Of a stretch of 23,559 nucleotides of DNA, positions 19,501 through 23,559 are shown one piece after another (the stretch's first letter is position 1; the number at the start of each line of letters is the position of its first letter). The DNA comes from a virus (lineage: Duplodnaviria; Heunggongvirae; Uroviricota; Caudoviricetes): the IMG/VR virus record IMGVR_UViG_3300023174_000088, positions 91,410-114,968 of that record. The stretch is one strand, 5' to 3'. The notes below the pieces were generated by a model. The model was not told the origin of the DNA. It saw only the letters and a program-made list of their open reading frames with translations, and ran no database searches. The position numbers were made by a program, and so were the translations under genes.

Positions 19501-20257
19501 TATGAATGTATATGGCAATTCATTCATGGTATTTAAAAACTGGATACCTAGGCTTGTAGATGTTAGAATTGGCGCACTTAAATATAATTCTGCCTCAGAT
19601 GCCTATGAGTGGGGTAGGACAAGGATGCTATTTAAAATCATAAGTGATGATCTTTTAGGGATGATTGGCAATGTTAGAAACTCTATTGTTGCAAATGATA
19701 AGGGAATTGAATATATTAGAAAACTTTATGAAACTAAAAAAGACCAATATGAAAGAGAAACAGGTAAAACTCTAGAGATGACAGAAAGCGAGTTTATAGA
19801 CCTGGTGAGACAAAATCTCAAAAATCAAATGCTGGACATGATTTTCTATGCTGTTCTTCTTTCTTTGCTTGCTGGACTAAAAGCTATTCCTCCAGATAAG
19901 GATGAAGATGCAGATGTGAAGAACCAATACAAATTCCTCTTAAGGGCAACAGATAAGCTTGTAGATGAGATTGGGTATTTCTATGATCCTACAAGTTTTA
20001 CAAAACTTGTAAGTGGTGGCCTATTTCCCTCTGTAAGACTCTTAGATAATTACAAAGCCCTACTTGTAAACTTCTTAAAGGAAAACTATGCTCTTGCTAC
20101 AGGAGATGATGAAACCGTAGAGAAAAACTATGTGATAAAATATCTCCTAAAATCTTTCCCAGTGCTCTCTCAAGGACAGGCCATTCTTCCAATGTTCTAC
20201 CCTGAGCTTGCAAAAGACCTTGGTATCAAGATGCAATCTAGATCAGGTATAAGATAG
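13595..20257 (+). CDS. Giant virion/ejection polyvalent protein (2220 aa): 2x degenerate zincin module, nucleotidyltransferase, PD-(D/E)XK nuclease, helical C-terminal region
   Basis: ATG after A-rich leader (ataataaaaacaat), long ORF, stop TAG at 20255-20257. Domain motifs are listed separately. It lies directly downstream of the RNAP gene, like the large co-packaged proteins of crAss-like phages. Confidence 0.9.
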   Translation: MAKICSLGIKRVVTDLSKDKPWFKYKEESNFIQVVPSPKARINESNLKAVAATTANFLNRSINKGLAVGDVFEATVLYDGRVGVLISPTDRQLRLINAKDEAEKEQLIKEVEQEQAEQEQNELREAQEAERKRGGYTEEDRGEFYQKPAERVQQVISEKLRTKLLNFLKALNIDVALNADDILNSTNFKNKPLAAFDVLQKFMAFASGQENLLPEQVASVMYTFLGRKSTLSKALWKNIDKWERYGEVYDYYKNSKNKVDSDIFYADDEFVENEKFSSFAHRMAIIKFLEESLLRLDSGEQATEKRENEDIDSNYFKRRGRLNPYQGNFLQRLFNSIYNWFQDTLGKPVFEKYSRKDLVDLGLDIADDIFKEDYKKWMRSFIEKDGELYDSSGNKLELKSYDESINKDPFAKEIIEKLFNNPFIRFKLSGSLTIRKYGIVFRKKEEDIHDIDGVITLDTFKQDPEYDNFRKWVQTEGLYLMNSGRAKIFHRKMKEKLPGLNWYQNLLYSFPNFQLTNSFIGRDHKQGESITIQGYVEHPTEKEIDKTTGEERPKRYALDFFLRVDEGNYPEIFDNYWKDWKQIFEAKLNMGRSKDISDLIYFAPFLKDKYKFTNRGFRYFTFMERPIAQAQETTEGVKTQLRGTETSKASPETIALLRDFLKRIGVDVKMLQQIVVGGKKQDVNGVARIMQGLIEVIEGREAEALPEEAMHFAVEIIKQTNPKLYNQLLKEINSYAMYKQVLADYSSDPNYQTKDGKPNIQKLKDEAIGKVLTDTLIYKSEGSIEKPENLSKVQSWWSAILDWLKSLFNKSGFDKAAMSILSGKNIGTLEDIRTSEDNVFMQKTKQDTVYDSIKEISAKIDSRGKEGYYIGDKKVPRRVTDIVKDWYDRRFAEKQLTDSEFQKAVNDLKAEKGTAGHADIDYIIELFVDKDGYLRQTELDDSSYTSQIDPNSRKIYDLLKDNVRQRLNSFKPGTRFMSEIVVYDQARGLAGTIDFLAIDRDGKVSILDWKFMDLNIDRYDDVPWYKVNAWRTQMDQYRLILQNAYGIKPQDFVQTRMIPIRVRYSSGDPARNVLPQLLDIEIGGVVVKDIKEDYLIPVATKGEKTGIKKIDKLIERLNDVYTKLSEKKAIPSEKLNKAEQLNALFTAIRHLQMRQDVGPLVDQAKILNKQLKELIQSYRENIEGKDPNSFTDDQVTDFTESIALGLDAISTYTQLSGDLKPIFDKDLSEEDKELWNSVRNATEDARDIHSELKEIDEEFTSDVIGKREGVENLSTPEKIIKGLARWFGNTATLQLKSLHVLYRKVNKAFGYAAMDSLNETKKLLEIKERYQAWAASKGLTMKNYFDIIKKKPQLNQKDAENRRRIEIADLNKIKSTISQESYKQELDKINERYERSIKDPNELIDEFDPNFYSELKKRIQDKDLKWIRENVDSSEYNIYLKEKLKEEIDRIENKVRIGTDEEIQKQIDREKAQAASLYNISTTESPGWYLYNDIRKFPRRDKWESKEWKELYRKDSSGNYVNKPAVDFYEYIKERNNYYQEIGYIHAKQARTFLPWVRQGMSEKLIFGGKITLGEQFLRNISLDENETGFGQIDPQTGKPIDVIPVYFTRELPAGEESKDLFKTMALYNEFAIKFKYLSDIESQAKALLRLERNKKAIRTSYFGKTQYEEGDIAYTPDNNENADLYENMMKAILYQQKFIESETFDQILLKFGKFGEKINKKLGYKLLPENLEGRQMSINKTLNQLNTTFQINALGLNFLSSFSNFFGGSFQSLINSGKYFTKPELVSTELWILSQKMYGLEDLDAKKAIAALEYFLPLTENYGGEIAKKLALNKINGQNIQDFLMILMRNSEKAVQTTNFFAYLRNTIVENGKLYNAREYLRSTPEYENMYLGSKEQRDARMEKFERDVQDLIKEKGVTKLGKVVNGEFVIPGVDRKSDTVIELRRIVQQINNDALGSLSPDNRRMINMNVYGNSFMVFKNWIPRLVDVRIGALKYNSASDAYEWGRTRMLFKIISDDLLGMIGNVRNSIVANDKGIEYIRKLYETKKDQYERETGKTLEMTESEFIDLVRQNLKNQMLDMIFYAVLLSLLAGLKAIPPDKDEDADVKNQYKFLLRATDKLVDEIGYFYDPTSFTKLVSGGLFPSVRLLDNYKALLVNFLKENYALATGDDETVEKNYVIKYLLKSFPVLSQGQAILPMFYPELAKDLGIKMQSRSGIR
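14063..14635 (+). other. Degenerate zincin-like module 1 of ORF2
   Basis: KLLNFLKALNIDV...AAFDVLQKFMAF...LLPEQVASV...FLQRLFNSIYNWF aligns by eye with module 2; no His is retained. Confidence 0.6.
14810..15460 (+). other. Pol-beta superfamily nucleotidyltransferase domain (AbiEii/MenT-like motif IV) within ORF2
   Basis: FKLSGSL (GS at 14882-14887), IHDIDGV (DxD at 14942-14950), YALDFF (third Asp at 15269), EAKLNMGRSKDISDL (15347-15391). Confidence 0.78.
15542..16021 (+). other. Degenerate zincin-like module 2 of ORF2
   Basis: LLRDFLKRIGVDV...NGVARIMQGLIEV...ALPEEAMHF (EEAMH at 15713-15727)...KDEAIGK...WWSAILDWLKSLF. Confidence 0.7.
16220..16860 (+). other. RecB/Cas4-like PD-(D/E)XK nuclease domain within ORF2
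   Basis: KGTAGH (16328-16345), SEIVVYD (E at 16529), LAGTIDFL (D at 16574), ILDWK (DxK at 16616-16624), QMDQY (16691-16705): the full motif series in the expected order. Confidence 0.88.
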
Positions 20258-20293
20258 ATAGCTATATTATGCCGACAATAATCTATTAACACA

Positions 20294-20323
20294 TTGAAAA
20301 TACATTAACTTCAATTAACTTTA
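20294..20323 (+). promoter_or_regulatory. Putative Bacteroidota-type sigma70 promoter: TTG-N19-TAACTTTA
   Basis: TTG at 20294-20296, exactly 19 nt spacer, TAACTTTA at 20316-20323. One mismatch to the Flavobacterium/Bacteroides consensus TTG-N19-TAnnTTTG. It sits in the only sizeable intergenic gap (72 nt). Confidence 0.55.
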
Positions 20324-20329
20324 CGTATT

Positions 20330-21010
20330 ATGAGAACAGCAGACATTTGCCCAACATGTGCTACATACATAAATGCATTATGTGTAATATATAATGGCGT
20401 GTATTTGAGCACAATAGATGTTGAACCTCTGGACAGTCTTGAGGTGGCATTAGGTAAAATCAACACGTTCCTGGGAACAATTCAGCCCTCTTTAGGCTTC
20501 ACTCCAGAGAATGTAGCTAACAAGTCTACAGACATTACACTTGGTGGAGCCACCCCAAGCGATGTTCTCTACCCCTCACAGAAGGCTGTGAAGAATTATG
20601 TAGATGCTGCAATTTCAGCATCATCTTTCACTACAGTGAAGGTTTCTCTCACATCTGCTGATATTTTGGCTCTTGATTTCTCAGCTCCATTTACACTAAT
20701 AGCTGCTCCAGGAGCTGGTAAATTCATCAATGTTCAAAGTATATATTTTAAATTGAACTTTGGAACAACCCCTTATTCAAATGTCACCATTGCTGTAAAT
20801 CTAGGACCTATAACTGGTGTAGTGAGCGGAATGTCTGCTCTTTTAGATGCATCTGTAGACACATTCCATACTGGTGGGGTGTACCCAAGTTCTTCTCCTA
20901 TAGCTTCACCAGTGGCAAATACAGCTTTGGAAATTACAACTTCTGCTCCCCCAACAGGAGGAGATGGTACATTGGATGTGTACATAACATATAATGTAAT
21001 ATCGTTATAA
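20330..21010 (+). CDS. Putative virion structural / fibre-associated protein (226 aa) with Cys-rich N-terminal module
   Basis: N-terminal CPTC...CVIYNG...LEVALGKI module, fibre-type motif LGFTPENVANKST...SDVLYPSQKAVKNYVD (20492-20605), small beta-rich C-terminal domain. Stop overlaps the next start (TAATG). Confidence 0.65.
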   Translation: MRTADICPTCATYINALCVIYNGVYLSTIDVEPLDSLEVALGKINTFLGTIQPSLGFTPENVANKSTDITLGGATPSDVLYPSQKAVKNYVDAAISASSFTTVKVSLTSADILALDFSAPFTLIAAPGAGKFINVQSIYFKLNFGTTPYSNVTIAVNLGPITGVVSGMSALLDASVDTFHTGGVYPSSSPIASPVANTALEITTSAPPTGGDGTLDVYITYNVISL

Positions 21011-22959
21011 TGAATGTTTCCTGTGCTACAAGTCCTTGTCCAACAATATTAAACAGCACCTGCGTATTTTACGAAGGTGGTAACCTTGTATATACAGGAA
21101 TCCTTACAAACGACAACCTCCAGATAGCTCTTGAGAAGATAGATCAAAAGTTTCAAGATGCTGGACTGGGATATATATTCAATAATGGAGTGATACAAAC
21201 CACTCCAGGAGCTCCTGTTGGGCTCGGTGGCTCTCTGATACAGAACACCACAATAACAAGTGGACCATATAACCTGACTATTACAGGTGACATTTTTGGT
21301 GGGAAATTTACAACAATAGGAGGAACCTCCTCAGAATTCGTAAAAGGAGATGGGTCTTTAGACAGCACTTCCTACCAAGTGACAGGTAACTACATAACGG
21401 CATTAACAGGAGATGGAACAGCTTCTGGACCAGGAACCGCTGTATTTACATTAGACCCTATCAGTACGCCATATGCTGGAACCTGGGGATCTGCAACAGA
21501 AGTACCTAGATTCACTATAGATACAAAAGGGCGAGTGATAAGTGTATCTAACGTAACAATCACTCAAACTTCACCATTTCTTACTTTTGCAGGAGATGTT
21601 ACAGGATTTGGAGTTACAGGAGCAATTGTAACCCTCACCCTGAACACTGTCAACACTGGTGTATTCCCAGCCATAACACCCCTGAAGTTCTCTGTGAATG
21701 ATAAGGGATTGGTTACAGGAGCTTCTGCCCTGACAAACCTTGATCTTGATGCAATATATGGCTACACTCCTGTTCCCAACACACGCACCATCACAATCAA
21801 CGGTGTCACACAAGATCTTTCAGTAAATAGAACCTGGACCATCTCAGCAGGAACAGGCACTGTAACATCTGTAGGAGTGACAGCAGGGACAGGAATCTCA
21901 GCGTCCGTTTCTAATCCAACCACTACCCCCAACATAACAATCACCAACACTGCTCCAGATCAGATAGTTTCCCTATCCTCAGGAACAGGCATCAGTGTGA
22001 CAGGAACCTACCCCAATTTCACCATCACCAATACAGGCACTGTTATAACACCAGCAGCCCTGACAAAGGTGGATGATACAAATGTTACATTAACATTAGG
22101 AGGATCTCCGTCTACAGCCTTATTAGCTGCTACAAGTCTTACATTAGGATGGACAGGTACATTGGCTGATAGTAGAATAGCATCAGCTGCTACATGGAAT
22201 GCTAAGCAAAATGCCATCGCTCTCACTACCACTGGTACATCTGGAGCTGCTACATTTATAGGGAACACACTCAATATTCCTCAATATCAGGCTGCTGGTA
22301 CGTATGTCACAGGTGTTACAGCAACCACTCCTTTAGCTTCTTCTGGGGGCACCACTCCTAACATCACTATACAACAAGCCAGTGGGTCTCAAAGTGGTTA
22401 TTTAAGTTCTACAAATTGGACCACATTCAATAACAAGGCTAATTACAACACTCTAACAAATACAATTCCTGTTTTCAACGGAACCATATTTGCAAACTCC
22501 AACATTTCAAATACCGCACTGGGAATAATTCAAGTGAACCCATTTGGGTTGTATATAGATGTTCCTAATAAGCTTTCAATTTTAGGTGATTGGGGTGCTA
22601 CAGGTAATTCAACTAGTTTATTTGTAGATGATGTTGGTCAATATGTTAGTGTGTCTACACTGTCTGGTGTGGGTACAAGGATGGTGGTGGCTGATTCAAG
22701 TGGCATTCTCAGTACACAAACTATCCCTTCAGCTGGTGTTACAAGTGTAGGAGCAACCTCTCCAATCACATCATCAGGAGGGTCTACACCAACCATCTCC
22801 ACCTCAATGTCCACCAATAAGCTAATTGGCAGGAGTACAGTTGGTACAGGAGTGATGGAAGAAATAAGTGTTGGAACAGGACTTTCTCTCTCTGGAGGCA
22901 CACTTAATGCTACAGCATCTGTAGGATTTGAACAAAACTTTTTATTAATGGGAGCATAA
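21010..22959 (+). CDS. Putative tail fibre / receptor-binding fibre protein (649 aa, Thr/Gly/Ser-rich)
   Basis: Same Cys-rich N-terminal module as the previous gene. Many T/G/S-rich beta repeats (GTVTSV, GTGIS, TTPNIT, DTKGRV, NDKGLV). Ends GFEQNFLLMGA. Confidence 0.75.
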   Translation: MNVSCATSPCPTILNSTCVFYEGGNLVYTGILTNDNLQIALEKIDQKFQDAGLGYIFNNGVIQTTPGAPVGLGGSLIQNTTITSGPYNLTITGDIFGGKFTTIGGTSSEFVKGDGSLDSTSYQVTGNYITALTGDGTASGPGTAVFTLDPISTPYAGTWGSATEVPRFTIDTKGRVISVSNVTITQTSPFLTFAGDVTGFGVTGAIVTLTLNTVNTGVFPAITPLKFSVNDKGLVTGASALTNLDLDAIYGYTPVPNTRTITINGVTQDLSVNRTWTISAGTGTVTSVGVTAGTGISASVSNPTTTPNITITNTAPDQIVSLSSGTGISVTGTYPNFTITNTGTVITPAALTKVDDTNVTLTLGGSPSTALLAATSLTLGWTGTLADSRIASAATWNAKQNAIALTTTGTSGAATFIGNTLNIPQYQAAGTYVTGVTATTPLASSGGTTPNITIQQASGSQSGYLSSTNWTTFNNKANYNTLTNTIPVFNGTIFANSNISNTALGIIQVNPFGLYIDVPNKLSILGDWGATGNSTSLFVDDVGQYVSVSTLSGVGTRMVVADSSGILSTQTIPSAGVTSVGATSPITSSGGSTPTISTSMSTNKLIGRSTVGTGVMEEISVGTGLSLSGGTLNATASVGFEQNFLLMGA

Positions 22960-22960
22960 C

Positions 22961-23290
22961 ATGCCAAACGTATACAAAATATTAGGACAATCCAGTCCAT
23001 CTGCAACAACAGAAACAACATTGTACACTGTTCCTGCTGCTACATCATCTGTATGTAGTTCTCTTTCTATATGTAATAGGGGTGGCACACAGACAACATT
23101 TAGGGTGTCTATATCTGCAGGAGGTGCTGCAACTACTAATAAAGACTATCTGTATTATGACGTAACACTGGCTGGTAATGATACATTCATTGCTACAATA
23201 GGCGTGACACTAGCCACTACAGATGTAATAAGGGTGTATTCAGGAAACAGTAGCCTCTCATTTCAGGTGTGGGGTACAGAAATAAGTTAA
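22961..23290 (+). CDS. Small beta-rich phage protein (109 aa), probable fibre-associated/accessory structural protein
   Basis: MPNVYKILGQSSPSATTETTLYTVP...SICNR...FRVSI...YLYYDVTLAGND...GVTLATTDVIRVYS...SFQVWGTEIS. From recollection (not a search), this resembles a family common in uncultured tailed phages. Starts 1 nt after the upstream stop. Confidence 0.7.
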   Translation: MPNVYKILGQSSPSATTETTLYTVPAATSSVCSSLSICNRGGTQTTFRVSISAGGAATTNKDYLYYDVTLAGNDTFIATIGVTLATTDVIRVYSGNSSLSFQVWGTEIS

Positions 23291-23293
23291 TAT

Positions 23294-23559
23294 ATGGCAC
23301 AATCATATTCAGGATATAGTATAATTGATCCAGATGTAGCCATCAGAGATGGTGCAAACCTAGATGCATTTAGTAGACTAAGGGTTAGTAATCCTCTTGT
23401 CTTACATAACTCTCAACTTACATATGATCTTGTTCCTATTATATATGAACAAATTACTAATGGAACTGGAGCCACTGTAACTCATGATGCTACTAATAGA
23501 TATGCTTTAATGACATTTAGCTCCACTCCAACAGGTGGTAAAGCTTATATGCAGAGTTA
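23294..23559 (+). CDS. 3'-partial phage structural-region protein (not in supplied ORF track)
   Basis: ATG at 23294, open to the window end: MAQSYSGYSIIDPDVAIRDGANLDAFSRLRVSNPLVLHNSQLTYDLVPIIYEQITNGTGATVTHDATNRYALMTFSSTPTGGKAYMQS. The DAFxRLRVSNP motif is one I recall from uncultured phage proteins. Confidence 0.75.
   Translation, partial: MAQSYSGYSIIDPDVAIRDGANLDAFSRLRVSNPLVLHNSQLTYDLVPIIYEQITNGTGATVTHDATNRYALMTFSSTPTGGKAYMQS

Noticed and set aside
20258-20265. Palindrome ATAGCTAT after the ORF2 stop as a terminator or operator
   Set aside because: Only 8 bp and AT-rich, with no loop or U-tract; expected by chance.
286-22274. The many 60-155 aa minus-strand ORFs and short alternative-frame plus-strand ORFs
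   Set aside because: All are nested within long coding genes, show shadow-frame composition (Ser/Phe/Leu-rich) and have no recognisable motifs.
1-23559. Stop-codon reassignment (TAG or TGA), known in some crAss-like phages
   Set aside because: Giant ORFs are uninterrupted under code 11. TGA is backed by TAA, and reading through the TAG at 20255 adds only a few residues before a TAA.
20330-23559. Diversity-generating retroelement target in the fibre genes
   Set aside because: No near-identical repeat differing at adenines and no reverse transcriptase in the window.
1-23559. tRNA, rRNA or structured ncRNA genes
   Set aside because: Nearly all sequence is coding, and the longest gap (72 nt) shows no cloverleaf or stable hairpin.

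Overview
Gene-dense, all plus-strand segment that looks like a crAss-like (Crassvirales-type, probably Bacteroidota-infecting) phage genome read in the standard genetic code. It has two giant virion/ejection polyproteins followed by tail-fibre-type structural genes. ORF1 is open from the left edge of the window to 13570 (at least 4522 aa). It carries an N-terminal ejection-protein-like region, an AT-rich insert with repeated peptide motifs, a degenerate zincin domain, a single-chain crAss-type RNA polymerase (RIPT...GSDFDIDKL), an ASCH domain with an intact GxKxxTxR motif and an acidic tail. ORF2 (13595-20257, 2220 aa) is a polyvalent-type protein: degenerate zincin module, Pol-beta-superfamily nucleotidyltransferase with an AbiEii/MenT-like K..R.KD..D motif, second degenerate zincin module, RecB/Cas4-like PD-(D/E)XK nuclease, then a long helical C-terminal region. 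A Bacteroidota-type promoter (TTG-N19-TAACTTTA) precedes four fibre/accessory structural genes, the last truncated by the right edge. The best candidate for a new system is the set of nucleic-acid enzymes (NTase, nuclease, ASCH) apparently co-delivered with the virion RNAP. All family assignments come from reading motifs by eye; no database searches were run.
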